A stretch of 64,000 nt of DNA from Mesotaenium endlicherianum (GCA_009602735.1 WELA01000805.1:94879-158878); one strand, 5' to 3'; counted from the stretch's first letter, positions 26,302 to 39,347 are shown. Translations and numbers: made by a program. Notes: generated by a model from the letters alone, not told the origin.

Positions 26302-27617
26302 CGCGCGCGCGTGTGCGCACGTGTGTGTGGCATTTGTACGTGTGCAAGGGTGTGCGCGCACGCACCATGTAACCCGTGAGCATGCGTGTGGGGGGGGGTG
26401 CCTGTGCATATGTGTGCCTGCATGTGCATGCCTGCCTGTGCACAAGCCTTGGCCAGGCAAGGACTGCCCCATGAAGGGGAACTCCTAGAATCCTCTAAGT
26501 CCCATCATACCAGAAAGGCATCATGACTGACGAGTGGCTTTTGGGAGAGTGAAAGCCTGCCTCTCGCCTTACAGTCCGCAGAGCAAGAGGAACAGACACT
26601 CTCAGCGCTGTAAGATTGTGCATGAGCCAGCCAGTCACAGCGCCTACACATGGCACGCCTGATGAAACGAGCCGCCAGACACGGCGCACGGCGGCGTGGC
26701 ACAGCAGTGCAGCCGTTGGTTCCTCTGAGGAAGCCGGATGTGAAAGAAGCACAGATTCGTCCAATGAGTTGACTGCAAGGCGCACGTGAGTTACGGGGTC
26801 AAACTCGCAGCCCGGGACGGATGGGTCCTCAAACGAGGTCAACAAAGAGCAGCAGATTTCAACACGGGTTTTAAAGTTGAGGCGAAGGTGTGATGTGTAC
26901 CTTGAAGCTGGCTGCATGAGCAGGTTCCATGAAGGAGCTAAAGCTGCGACCAACAAGTTCACCCTCCGAAAACCCTAGAGTGCAACATGCCCCTTGGCTG
27001 CAGCTGGTCATTCGGCTCCCTTCAAGGCTCATTGACAGAGTGCCACCTCCCATCAGATCAAGCAAGGAGCTACACCTGTCCTCGTCAAACGTAGGGCGAT
27101 CTTCCACCTGTTGTGTCTCTGCCTGCTCCACTCCCGCACGTCCGGCAGCTTCATCGGGAGAAGCAGATCCTGACAAATGGACAGTCGCCACGAGCTCCAT
27201 CCCATTGCCGCAATCATATAATTGTAAGTCAAACGAGACGGACAGTTGAGAATCTCCTTGTTCCTTCCGTTTGGTGTCAATCCTGGACCTCTTTCGCGAG
27301 ACAAACTCATTGTCCTGCTCCGTGCGTTGACAGTACTGCACATCGTTCCCTGTGACTTTAGCTACTAGCGATCCTCCCAGTAATGCGGGAAATGTGACCA
27401 GTTCCGATTGTGCAGAAATCAGCTGCTGGACATGATGCTTCCACTGTTCCCGAGTACAGCCAGAGATGATTTGCAATAGCTCTAGTCCTAAGACATCCTG
27501 CTCACTCACTCCCAGAGCATGAACAGCGCCCCAGCTAGCACAGGTGATCCGACTGCTACACTCGTCGAGGATAAAAAGTATGCTGCGAGACTGTCGCACA
27601 AACGTGCTTGCCACCAT
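18484..27617 (-). CDS. Multi-PAS hybrid histidine kinase (PAS/PAC x~4, HisKA, HATPase_c, receiver)
   Basis: Exons (- strand): 27617-26901, 25527-25291, 24600-24178, [probable exon in gap 23171-24072], 22816-22372, 21953-21605, 20595-20393, 19682-19282, 18723-18484. H-box [16 protein letters not shown]-box [11 protein letters not shown]1 DTGLGM, F FQPFTQ, G2 GGTGLGL, REC VLVVEDN..LVLMDCHMP..TA..KP. PAC motifs [18 protein letters not shown] and RFEWMHQ..PVEV..HDLT. Start codon uncertain because the frame is open to ~27710. Confidence 0.9.
26010..26330. repeat. Compound (TG)n/(TGCA)/(CG)n microsatellite in HK intron 1
   Basis: Direct read; about 300 bp of alternating purine-pyrimidine sequence. 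Confidence 0.95.
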
Positions 27618-28959
27618 CGTATGTTCCTCGGAAGAAACAACATAGATATGGGTTCTAAGAAGACATTCTAACAATCCTTCAGATACAGATATGGAAGATG
27701 CAATCAGGCACTAAACGCCGGGCATTCACAAATTTCAGTCGATAAACTGCTATGGCCCCGATCCGCGACACTCCCACCTGCAAAGCTGTTCCAAACTGTC
27801 TAGTAACAACCCGTCTGCTTCACACGATGTGGATGTTCCAGTTCCTCCCTAGTGTCCAGGTGAATCAAATCTGTGTGATTGCTGCGCTGGAAACACAATA
27901 TCAGCAGTCGCAACAGCTCATAAGGTGGCGACTGCTGGCGACTGCTGTCTTAGGGCTTCAGCGTTATACTGGCTCTTGACGATAACATAAAGCCAGGGCT
28001 GAGCAGGGCCGAGCCAGGCATCAAGTACAATATAACGTCATGCAGTGCCACATGCATGAACCAGCGTTGACCAGCATGGCTGAGCATGGCCATTGGCCAC
28101 AACCTCTGCTACAGCCTGTTAGAGACAGAAATTGCCTGACGCCAAGATTCACCCACATCAACCCACATATACTACACAAACTGGGCGGCTATCAGCCCTT
28201 CTCACGAGTACTGATGTCACGCTGGATTATGCATAAAAAGCTTCGCTGGCGTTTGCAGGCGATCGAATGCAGGTGAATGCAGGCGTATGTATGCGTCCAG
28301 TACAGTCCAGTACATGCGTTTGGAACAGGTATAGAATGACCTGTTCTGATGTCTTCAACGATGACGTTCGAAAATGGTGGAAAGTGACGATAAGCAATCC
28401 GCGGAAGGGGCACTGACAGGCGGAGTGCACGTGGGGATGCTAGCTGCAAAGGAGCAGGCTGCGGCTGCAGAACACGACGGCCCAAATGTCGACCTCCACA
28501 TGCAATGTCGAGGCTCGGAAGGACGTCAATGTTGAGCATAATATAGATTGGATAACGCCGCCAACATTTTGACGCTGAAGGCCCTGCAGGGGGTTCTACG
28601 TTGCTTTGGCAATACTCAAGGAATTGGGTTGTCCCACCCGGCCTAATGTTGTCACTTGTTATATTTATGCTAATATAATACGGTCTGATGCCCTTTCACA
28701 CCTTTTCGCTTATTTTCGCTTGTCGATCCCTTTTAAGAGCTGCATATCGCGTCACGCGTGGTCATACTTCAAAGTTCGCAGACGACTGTGTTACTCCTTG
28801 ACGACAAGAAAGAACTACCTTTTGTGCCCTATTGCACGCTTGGAAGCTAGGAAAAGACAACCCGCCCCTTACTCGTCATTTACTACAGTGAAATATGTCA
28901 TTTGGGACACGTACAAGCTTCATTAGAAGCACGAGTCGCGACACAAAGCTCGAAAGCCT

Positions 28960-31845
28960 GCTCGAGAGTCGAGTCTCGAGTCTCGACTCGAGGGGTGCTC
29001 GAGCCAGACCCCTTGATAACTTTTTGGGTGTTATTTGTCAATTTGGATGTTATTAAACCTGATCAAAAACAAAAGGATTTCGGAATCCAGTTCGTTCAAA
29101 GTGGATGTCGCATAAACCCGGCAATTCTTGATTTGGATGCCTAGGGACTTCAGTCATTATATCGAATGTATTTTACCAATAGGGCTAAGGGTACGGGCCC
29201 CCGGGGCTAGACGGCAGTAGGTACTTGTACAACCTGCAAAACCCTACTTCGATTTACGAAGGCAAAACCCTTTTTTCGAATAGACTTCAACCGACGCTTA
29301 AACCTTCAAACTACAACATAGACTAAAACTTAACCCGAAAATGAGACTTAGAACTTAGACCTAAACTTACGAACAAGGAGGTCTGCTCTAGGGTTCTTAT
29401 TGTGCTCCATAATTTGTTGTTAAATGCATTGACATTTAAAATCTCAAGTATTGAGACATGGTGTTCATTGTTGGGTGAATATTATTACTTTGCAGATCAC
29501 TGAGTTTGTGCGGCGATCTCTTACGCGTCTTAACCTTCTCAAGAAAATACAAAAAGAGATGGAGGTTTCCGTGTTGAGTCCACAGCGTTTCTTCTTCGTC
29601 CATTGGCTGTCAAGCTGGGCTATCGTGGAACGACTGGGGAGAGTATTGCTTGCCATCCTTACAACATTGAGGATTTTGAGAAAGGACAAGTTGTATGCAA
29701 GGGTGTGCAACTGGGAGCTGTTATGCTTTCTTAACTTCTTCCAAGATGTCCTCCAAAGATTGATGTCTTGAACAAGCTTTTCGAAGCTGATCAAGTCAAC
29801 CTTGTTGAGATAGGGGCATCAATTGAGCAGCTCACTGACTTCATCAAACTCAGCAATCTCATTGAAGGGGAAGAATGGGCTGAGGGGAGTACACACTTGA
29901 GGGCACACTTGTCAATCAATGGTGACAATCCCGTGCTTGTGTCCTAGAAGTTCCATGGTGTTCGCATAGAGCATGAGCTGAGCATGCAGAGAGCAACAAA
30001 CCCCAGAGAGCGAGCTAGCTTAGCTTCAGTTAAGGCTGTTGTTGCTCTCTTGTGTGGGAACTTCGTGGATACTTTCAATGCACAATACGAGGATGTTGAG
30101 TTCTTCAACAGTGCCAAGCTCTTTGTCCCTCTCAATATATTGCGGCAGCAGATGGAAAAAGGAAAACGTGCTTGGAATGGTTTGATAGGCTCCCTCATAG
30201 AGAATGTGATTGATGGTGCTAAGATCTTGAGGGTCAAGCAGTGCCGTGAGCAATTGCCTGCTTTTGCGTCTTTCATGACAAGCTTGGCTGAAGGTCAGCC
30301 ATCTATGGAGGGTGCATAGAGAAGCTTCTCGCAAGATTCTCAAGCCTTGCGAGAATATCCAAAAATGGTAGCTTTGATGAAGCTCATGAGAGTTATTTCC
30401 ACCAACACAGCCATGTGTGAGCGGGGATTCAGCAAGCAGAAACTCATCAATACATCAAAGAGCAGCGACACTCTGGCAAAGCTCATGAGGATTGCTCTGA
30501 CTTCTACAAAGAAAGAGAATTCAAGTGAAACTCAAGAGGTCGTCGACAACAAAGCGGATGCTCAATTTGATGATATCTACCAAGTATGGATTGCATTGAA
30601 ATCATGTGGAGTACAACAATTTATTCATTAAGATGCAATGCATTATTTGTCACATATAGTGACTGTGTCTTTGTAGACATTTATTGCAAACTAATTATGC
30701 ATTCTTTCTTCACTGCTCTTTTTTGTTGTTCACGTTTGGCAGCACCTTGCACTTGATTTTGATTGTTTGTGTCTCATTTACCATCTTATTGCTCGTAGAA
30801 TTCCATAAAAGATTTTGCAAATAATAGAATTTGCGATCAAGATGAATGTTATAAGACTTAAGTTACAGTACGTGGCAGAATAATTGATTTTTTGTATGGA
30901 GGAAATATCAAAGACCTTCAAATGATTGGACACCTGTGAGCTTGAAGATTTAAGCCCATGTTTGTGAAAAGTCTATTGAAGATTTTTGCCACCCTTTGCA
31001 ATCCGTATAATTGTACTTAATGTATCTTTTTGTGAAACTACAAATTTTGAATGTTTTTTACCCGCACGAGGATGACTCTTAAAAACCTTCATTTTAAGTC
31101 GGGTGTTGGTTGAAATCCGAATATTCACTGGCAAGCCGTTGCCGAAGTCCGAGGATTTTGTTGAATCCTGGCGCCTGGCTCGAGCATGCTCAAGGGCACT
31201 CATAAGGCTCCAAGATTCACGTAAAACTTGATGTCATTTGCCCTTTTGGATGTTTTAAAATATACAAGATCATAAATTTGTCAAAAAAAATCCTGGTCAC
31301 TGGGAGCGGATGTATCAAATATCAAGCATTTTTTTATATGTGGCTTACGAATATTTTATTCGTATGTCTTCCTCAAATATAAAGAAGTATAAAAATATAT
31401 TCTGAATAATATTGATGTTGTAAAAACTTATGGGCGCCAGGTCCCGAATGTTTTTTGGTCAAATCTTGGGGCCTGCTCATGAATAGTGAGTTGTGAACTC
31501 CCGAGCAAGCTCCTCGATTTGACAAAATTCGCAGATTTTGGAAGATTCCATAAAAAATCGAAAACATTCTCTGGCCTGCTTTGGGCGGCGATTAGGGTTT
31601 TGAGAGCATCCGACAATTTGGTAATGAATTTGGTAGGATTTGTTTAATGGCGTAATAACATCCCACGACATTTTTGATAGGGAAATTGCAAATTTTAGGA
31701 TTTTAAGCGACATCCACTCGAAATCGTAAGGATTCTAAAAGACATTCTTTTGTTTTTTATCGGATTGGATAACATTCAAAATAGCAAATAACATCCAAAA
31801 AGTTATGAATAGGGGGGCCTGCTCTCGAGTTTCGACTCTCGAGGG
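28960..31845 (+). mobile_element. Decayed hAT-type DNA transposon (hAT-1) with long imperfect inverted subterminal repeats
   Basis: 28960-29135 is the reverse complement of ~31685-31843 (ctcgagagtcga..ataactttttgg.tgttatttg..gtggatgtcgc). Internal transposase fragments are present. Exact tips and TSD were not resolved. Confidence 0.7.
29451..30631 (+). pseudogene. Fragmented hAT (ZNF862-like) transposase
   Basis: HGVHC motif, (R)WLS-like VHWLSS, and hAT C-terminal motif STNTAMCERGFSKQKLI; broken by stops and frameshifts; N-terminal half missing. Confidence 0.65.
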
Positions 31846-32578
31846 ACCAGGGTTCTTGAGCCTCAAAGGTGCACAAAATAGCTCCCGAGTCCCGAGCCCG
31901 ATTAGACTCCTGGGTTCAAGCGTCAATCACTCTACGGGCCAGTTACCTTCTACTCGATTGGGCTTGGCCTCCAGAGTGCACAACTAAAAATGAAAGTTTG
32001 AAACATGTTGACAAACATGGCTCAAATCAAAGTTTGTGATTTATTAAATATTAACAATTCAAACTATGCATGTCATGACTCATTAGGTCGGGACCTTCGC
32101 ACCAAGCCGAGCCACACGTGTGTCGACCACCGACCTAGGAAGGCCAACTTTGACCTTGCTTTACGCATTCATATGTTCACCTTTGCTAGCGTTCCAAATC
32201 ACTAAAGTGTACAGCGCCAAGTCACCTTCCGAACGGCACCGATTCCGCGCCATTTGGTCAAGTATCGAGGGAGATGTTCGCGATCTAAACCGCGCCACCT
32301 ACCGGCCCCTAGCGGAGTTCCACCAAAGGCCACCTTGTGACTCAATGTGCCCAAAGGTTAGATTGTTGGCTCTTCGCGACTCCAAGGACCTCTAGTCACA
32401 AGCGTACAAATCTGCGAGCTTGATAAAGTACACTTAGCATGTATTAGCATAAGCACCATTAGAGCTATAACTTGGTGACTGCATCACTCTTTCCTCGAGG
32501 AAGCGTCCTTGCATTTCAGATCTACTTTTGAGGTGTTATCTAGGTAGGATTGGTCGAGATAAGCTCCGCCAAGGAGAG

Positions 32579-33311
32579 TGAAATGAATCGACTCACCAAT
32601 AGGCGATTTAAGAATTAATAAAGATCTTCATATCAGCAAGTAATCCCTATGGTATTTTTTGTTAGTTGATTAAACAGCAAAGGACAACGCCCTAGCAGTG
32701 GACAATACTCGTAAGTCAAATACAAGTAAACTAGCATCAATATGCAATCAGTACACTTATACATAAGCAAGGCTAGAAGACAATGCATATCAATGACTTC
32801 TCGTCTTGGATTCAGATATCTCTCAGTAAGCAGTACAAGAGATTTGGCCCCGTTTCCGAATGCCGAACTCAAGAGCAATACCTAGCATATATACATGGAA
32901 TGAGTTTACAGTTCAACGGTAAGTGCGATGGCACCGCCTACCCGGGAGTTAACCACATTGGTAGGACCTCGGCTAACCAAATCCACGGCCATCTCCCATC
33001 ATCCCGAATTGCCATCCACCTTCAGGGTGTCATTTGGCCACTCATCCAGCACACCACACTTAGATGCATAGCTAGGCAGTTCGCTGCTGCCGAGTACGGC
33101 AGCCAGCTGACTGTCAAAGAATGTGTCAACAAGCTGACCCAAGTCAACAGGCTGACCTAATTGACTTTAGCCTGCTGCTCTCGGCTGACTCGTTTAACTA
33201 AGTATCAAATATCCAGCAGACATAATACCAACTAAAGTTCAGCAGGCTGAACACATTTAAGTATTGTATTTTAGATAATGTTAACCATATCCAATATACT
33301 GATTCATTAAA
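32579..33311 (-). mobile_element. 3' LTR of an older minus-strand copy of the element-A family
   Basis: Inverted homolog of 33959-34656. Preceded on the - strand by purine tract TGGAGGGAC (PPT-like) and not followed by a PBS. Confidence 0.8.
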
Positions 33312-33439
33312 GTCCCTCCAACTGAAATTGTTGTCAACTCGACAACACTCATTAACTATTATTTACAACAAAATAACACACATGCAACACAACCAACTGA
33401 TTCTAAAACAAAGACAACAGCAAATTAAGTACCAGGCAC

Positions 33440-33958
33440 TCTATCTCTGGGGAGCGAAACTTGGAACTGGATCTCCTTCTCCTGTCTAATGGCCTCCTAA
33501 AACCTGGGAGTTTACGGTGATCCAAGAGGTGAACGCAACAACTGGACAGCTTGCTCTTGCACTGTCTGCAAGTTGATGGAGATCAATCCTGTCTGTAGCT
33601 GTCTGTATGCATAGGGACCAACCTCATGACCCTGTCTGTGCCCCAGATCCCGGGTATTGGCACCGTTTCAGATTCACCTATTTGGGCCAATGCTTTGGCC
33701 TCCCGGATCGTATATCCCACCATCCTGGCATAGTCATGGTACAGTAGAAGGCCTGTGCTGACCTCTATGTACTTGTCAAGAGTTTGGGACCTCTCCCCCT
33801 CCCGCTGCAGAATGTCCTTCTACAAATCACTTTGGCTTCTCTGGGCGTACTTAAAGGCTTCCTCCAAAAGGTCAAAGCCCTTGCCCTTCACCGTGTAGCA
33901 GTAGCTTGATTCTCCTCAATTTCTCCTCAGCTTGCTCCTTCCGCCTCTTCTCAGCCAA
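33440..33958 (-). pseudogene. Degenerate extra ORF of unknown function upstream of the PPT and 3' LTR
   Basis: About 100 codons (SYCYTVKGKGFDLLEEAFKYAQ..DKYIEVSTGLLLYHDYARMVG..IWGTDRVMRL) with one internal TAG, flanked by frameshifted charged segments. No gag/pol motifs. Confidence 0.45.
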
Positions 33959-36900
33959 TGTAATGAATCAGTATATTGGTAGATATAATATTCATTTAAA
34001 TAGAATAGTTAATTATGTTCAGTCTGCTAGACTTTAGTTAATATTCAGTCTGCTGGAGTTTAAATAATAATTAGTATAATGACTCAGCCGAGAGCAGCAG
34101 GCTGAAGTCAATATAGGTCAGCTTGCTAACACATTCTTTGACAGCCAGCTGACTTCCGTACACGGTAGCAGCGAATTGCCTAGATATGCATCTAAGTGTG
34201 GTATGCTAGATGATGGCCAGATGACATCCTTAGGATGGATGGCAATTCGGGATGATAGAGGATGGTGGTGGATTTGGTTAACCGAGGTCCTACCAACGTG
34301 GTTAACGCCCGGGTAGGCAGTGCCATCGCACTTGCCGTTGAACAGTAAACTCATTCCATGTACATAGGCTAGACATTGCTCTCAAGTTCGGCATTCGGGA
34401 ACGAGGCCAACTCTCTTGTACAGCTTACTGAGAGAGATATGAATCCAAGGCGAGAAGCCATTGATATGCACTGTCTTCTAGCCTTGCTTATGTATAAGTG
34501 TACTGATTGCATATTGATGCTAGTTTACTTGTATTTGACTTACGAGTATTGTTCACTGCTAGGGCGTTGTCCTTTGCTGTTTAATCAACTAACAAAAAAT
34601 AACATAAAGATCTTCATTAATTGTTAATTGCCTATTTGGTAAGTCAATTCATTTCAGTGGTATCGGAGCAGTTATCACGGTTTTCTTTGTATGGTAAGGA
34701 CAAGGTCTCAAACTAGCAACTCCCGAGACATGGAGAACCAGGATAACAAGAATGTCAAAACCAAGCTGAAAGCCATGTAGCGGGAACCCGTACCTATTCT
34801 GAAGCAGTGGCAGATACTGCAGCTAGAGAGGCTGCAGATGAGGCAGCTGCTATTGCCGCAGTCGCAGCACAGCAGGCTGAGGAGGAGAGAGTCAGATTAG
34901 ATGCCAAACGATTAGCAAAAGCTGCTGAAGTTTCAAAAATTTGGAAAGGACAGCCAGCGAATGAGCGCACTGTTGAAGAACTTATGGCAGCAAGGGCCAA
35001 TGTTCTGAACCCACCTCATGCTGTACAATTTAATGTGCCTCTAGGTCAAATTCGTGCCCGGCTCAATGCGGCAGGAATTGCTGCTGCAGGAGCGAGAGGG
35101 ACTGTTGAGGACACTACTCAGCAAGTGGATGCCACTGATGCTGCTGCATTTGCTAGACTCCCACCTCAGAGTGTAGATTTGGAAGCATTATTTGTGCAAA
35201 TATAATCGCAAATGGCGAGCATGTATCAGTCCCAACAGGAGGACAAAAGAATCATAATGTCCCTGTTGCGAGACAGAGACCAACTGGGTTCTCAAACCAC
35301 TGGTGGTGGTGGCAGAGGGCCTAGTAAGCCTAAGCCGAAACCTCCCCAGGACTATGATCCTGAGGGAAACAAAAAGTATTACCTGATCAAGTTTCTTGCT
35401 GATGTTGAGCAGTGGCTGGAGAACTATCCAGAGCTGTAGATTTACGAGAAGGTCAGGCACACTAGTGCTCTACTGAAAGGCAGTGCAGCAGACTGGTGGT
35501 TGTATTGGAAAAGAGAGCGTAAGGCTCAACAACTCGGTGACCCTACTTGGGTTGAGTTTGTCAAGAAGTTGCATGAGAAGTATGATGTTATCAATCAGCA
35601 GGAGAAAGCTATCTATGGAATGATCTCCTTGACACTGAAGTAGACCACTTCAGTTGCTGAATTTGCTCAAAAGTTCTAGGAGAACATGATGAAGCAACCA
35701 GTCTTCCCAGAGCGGTATAGGATAGCATACTTCAGGTATGGCTTGAAGTCCGAGGTCTCTAGTCATTTTGCTGAAAAGAAGTATGAGAAATTGGCTGACT
35801 TGATCCAGGACGCTGATGCCTGGGGTCAGCAGCAGTTCAATCACAAGTGCCAGAGTAATGCTTTGGTGTCTAAGATTGTCAAAAAGCCCCACGGTTCCTA
35901 CAATGCAATGTAAGGAGACCAGGCTGAGGATGATCAGGGTGATGAGTACGAGTATAAGTATAATGCTAAACTGTCTAGAGCGAGAGGTGGTTACTCTCGA
36001 GGTGGCTATGGAAGAGGTGGTGGTAGGACTAAGCCGACACCAGCCTCAGCAAAATTTATTTGCTCCATTGCCAGCAATTGGGCCACTACAGAGAGCAGTG
36101 TCTACTCAAGCACCTTCCAAAGGTCAAGAGAAAGGACCAGCCTTTAAAAAACAGCAACAGTCAATAATCCAGTCTACTGACTGTGAGGATGCTAGAGATA
36201 GTGAGTCGTCACTAGCTGCCCTCGTAGCAGATATTATAGGTCCTGCTGAACTGGATTCACTATGCATGCCTGACAATCAGATAAAGAAGACCATTAGCAA
36301 TAAGGACCTCCAGAGAGTGCACACTCTGGATGATCTTGGTCCACCTGATGTCCAACATTTCTTTTCTAAGTCAGGAGAACAATGCGAAAGTCAGGAAAAG
36401 ACAATCTCCCCTATCCTACTGCATTGCATGATTGCAGGTAGGAAGGTGAGGGCATTTGTTGACGGAGGGGCGTCACATACTTTTATCCATAAGGACTTAG
36501 TTAAGCGGCTAAGGCTGCCTACTGTCACCCAAGGGAATAGAAAAATATTCTTTGGAGATACCTCAAGTATCTCGGGAAAAGTTATAACCAAGCATATTGA
36601 GGTCCAATTGGGTTTTGGCATTACAGTTCTAATTGAAACGCTTACATTTGAGGTACTCAACACTGGCTTTTATGATCTCGAGCTAGGCAGGGCCTGGCTT
36701 AACAGACATCAAATTGAAGTGTGTTGGACCAGAGGTACAGTTAAAGTGAGAGGAGCCAGTGATGGGCACACTAACTTGGCACCCACCAGTGCTCTTCCTC
36801 TTGTCTTGTATGGATGGCAAATGAAGGAAAAGAAGAGGCTTCCAGTAGGATGCAAATTGCTGAATGCAATGGAGTTCATCGAAAGCTGGAACTAGAAGGA

Positions 36901-39347
36901 GGATAGAATGTTCTATCTGCTAAGAGAGGTGCCTCCTCAACCTGAAGAAGTGGTTGAGAAAAAAGTGAGCCCTCTGGAGCACCCTATTGCTGCAAAAATT
37001 GTTGCTTAGTACCCTGATGTTTTTAACATGCCTCCAAGACTACCCCCTAAGAGGGAAGTAGATCATAGGATTTATATATTACCTGAAGTCAGCCTCCCTG
37101 GCAACGCACTTATGGCTTGTCATATGTGGAGAGCGGAGAGTTGAAAACATAGATTGCAGAGCTTCAGGGAAATGGTTATAATTCCCCCAGTAAATCACCT
37201 TATGGCGCACCCATCCTAATTGTTAAGAAAAATAATGAAAGCATGCGGATGTGCGTTGATTACAGAACTCTTAACAGAATTACAGTAAAGAACAGGTATG
37301 CTTTACCTAGAATCAAGGACTTGCTTGATACCCTGTCTGGTGCTAAAGTGTTCAGTAAGATAGATCTCAAGAGTGGTTATCAACAAATCAGAATTGCTGA
37401 GGGAGATGAGACAAGACTGCCTTCCGCAAACGTTATGGACACTATGAGTTTAATGTGATGCCATTTGGACTGACTAATGCTCCTGCAACCTTCATGGGTG
37501 CTATGAATGACATTTTCAAACCTTACCTGGATAATTTTGTGCAAGTCTTCCTGGATGATATTTCAATCTTCTCTAAAGATGAAGCGCAGCATGCTGAACA
37601 CTTAGGGACAGTCATGGTATTCTGAGAAGAAATCAATTATATGCTAGGATGAGCAAGTGTGATTTCTTCAAGGAAAGTATTGAATTCTTAGGCCACGTTG
37701 TCTGTAAAGACGGCATCAGTGTGGATTCTCAAAAAGTTCAGACCATAAGGGACTGGCCAGTGCCACAATCTGTCTCCAAAGTTAGATCCTTCCTTGGATT
37801 GGCTAACTACTATAGGACATTTATTGAGAATTATTCTACAAAGGCCAGTAAATTGATTGACCTTACTAAGAAAGACATATGGTATGTGTGGGGGGAAGAA
37901 CAACAGGCTGCCTTCCAAACCATTAAAGATGCTCTTTGTTCTGCCCCAGTCCGAGCCGTGTATGACCCTAGCAAACCTGTGCGGGTGGTTACTGATGGTT
38001 TTGACTTTGCCATGGGTGCTATTTTGTTGCAGCCTGCTGACAAAACCACGAAGGATGATAAGGTACGGCAGGAGTAACACCCTGTGCTGTATGAGTCTAT
38101 GAAATTCAACCTAGCAGAAATTAATTATTCTGTGCATGATAAAGAGCTGCTTGCTATCATTCATGTGCTTAAACATGGTAAAGCTTTTAAGGTGAGTACA
38201 GATCATCTAGCTCTTACTCACTTTCAAAAGAAGTCCAAGCTGTCGAGGAGGGAGAACCGCTGGAGCCAAATGCTGGAGCAGTTCCAAGTCCAGATTGACT
38301 ACAAACCAGGGAAGTTGAATCTTGCTGATGCACTCTCTAGAAGACCTGACTTGCAAGGAAGGAACTTTAGTCAGCATGCTGTAGATAAAGTCCTTCGTGC
38401 ACTCACTTCACTAAAGGTGAAAAAGTTCTTCCTTGAACAACTTAGGAAAGCCTACCTTTCTTACCCAACATTTGAGCCCAGCCCCACTGATGGTGTGTGT
38501 CCTGCTACTGCCTCGGGTATAGGCTTAAGGGAGGGGTCTGGGTGACTGAAACCACTTCAGGCAGGCTGAAGCTGGTCATTCCCAATAACTTGGAAATAAG
38601 GTCCCTCTTACTGAGTCAAGCGCATGACAGTTTACTGGGTGGGCATTTGGGGTAGGCCAAAACTGTTGGCAAACTGGCAAAACACTTTCATTGGAATGGG
38701 TTGCCTCGGGAGGTCTTGAAATATATTAAGTCCCGTGATCATTGTTAGAGAAATAAGTCTAGGCACACACCACCCGGGGGTCTCTTACAACCACTGCCCA
38801 TCCCAGCTGGACGCTGGGAAACGATATACATGGACTGGGTGTAACACTACCAAGAACTGCCAATGGACATGATTTGATACTCGTAGTATTGGATAAATTG
38901 ACAAAAATTGTTATTTTCATCCCCACAACTGTCAAAGCATTTGCACTTAAAACTGCGAGACGGTTCTACAACCATATAGTATGCCAACATGGGCTACCCT
39001 CTAATATCATCTCAGACAGAGACTCCAAATTTACCTCTAAGTTGTGGAGAGCTTTAATGGGGTTAATGGGAGTCAAACAGCTGCTCAACACAGCAAACCA
39101 CCCTCAAACTGATGGGCAGAGTGGAAGAACTAACCGAGTTCTGCAAGAGGTGTTGAGAGCATATGTTAAATAAAAACAAGATAATTGGGATGACCTGTTG
39201 CCTCAAATTCAGTTTGCGATCAATAGTGCGGTGCACGCGTCAACGGGAAAGACCCCTTTTAAACTTAATCTAGGTAGAGTCCCTAAGTCTCCTTTGGATG
39301 TGCTAGAGGAGTCTTTAACTCACCCTGAGGGGATTGACAATCCAGTG
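33959..39347 (+). mobile_element. Ty3/Gypsy LTR retrotransposon A (decayed, 3'-truncated)
   Basis: 5' LTR 33959-34656 (TGTAATGAAT..ATTTCA), PBS TGGTATCGGAGC 34658-34669, gag-pol remnants; ends inside the integrase where element B begins. Confidence 0.9.
34691..39347 (+). pseudogene. gag-pol pseudogene of element A
   Basis: MVRTRSQ start, broken zinc knuckle (HCQQLGHYREQC), protease [27 protein letters not shown], RNase H TDH/ADALSR, integrase SDRDS/HPQTDGQ; many stops and frameshifts. Confidence 0.9.

Noticed and set aside
25765..26488. Long His-Thr / Cys-Val ORFs (also near 2980, 11033 and 16189)
   Set aside because: They are translations of (CA)n/(TG)n microsatellites inside introns.
28192..28539. 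Possible upstream coding exon of the HK (phase-compatible donor near 28340)
   Set aside because: No recognisable domain, and the phase match could be chance; needs transcript data.
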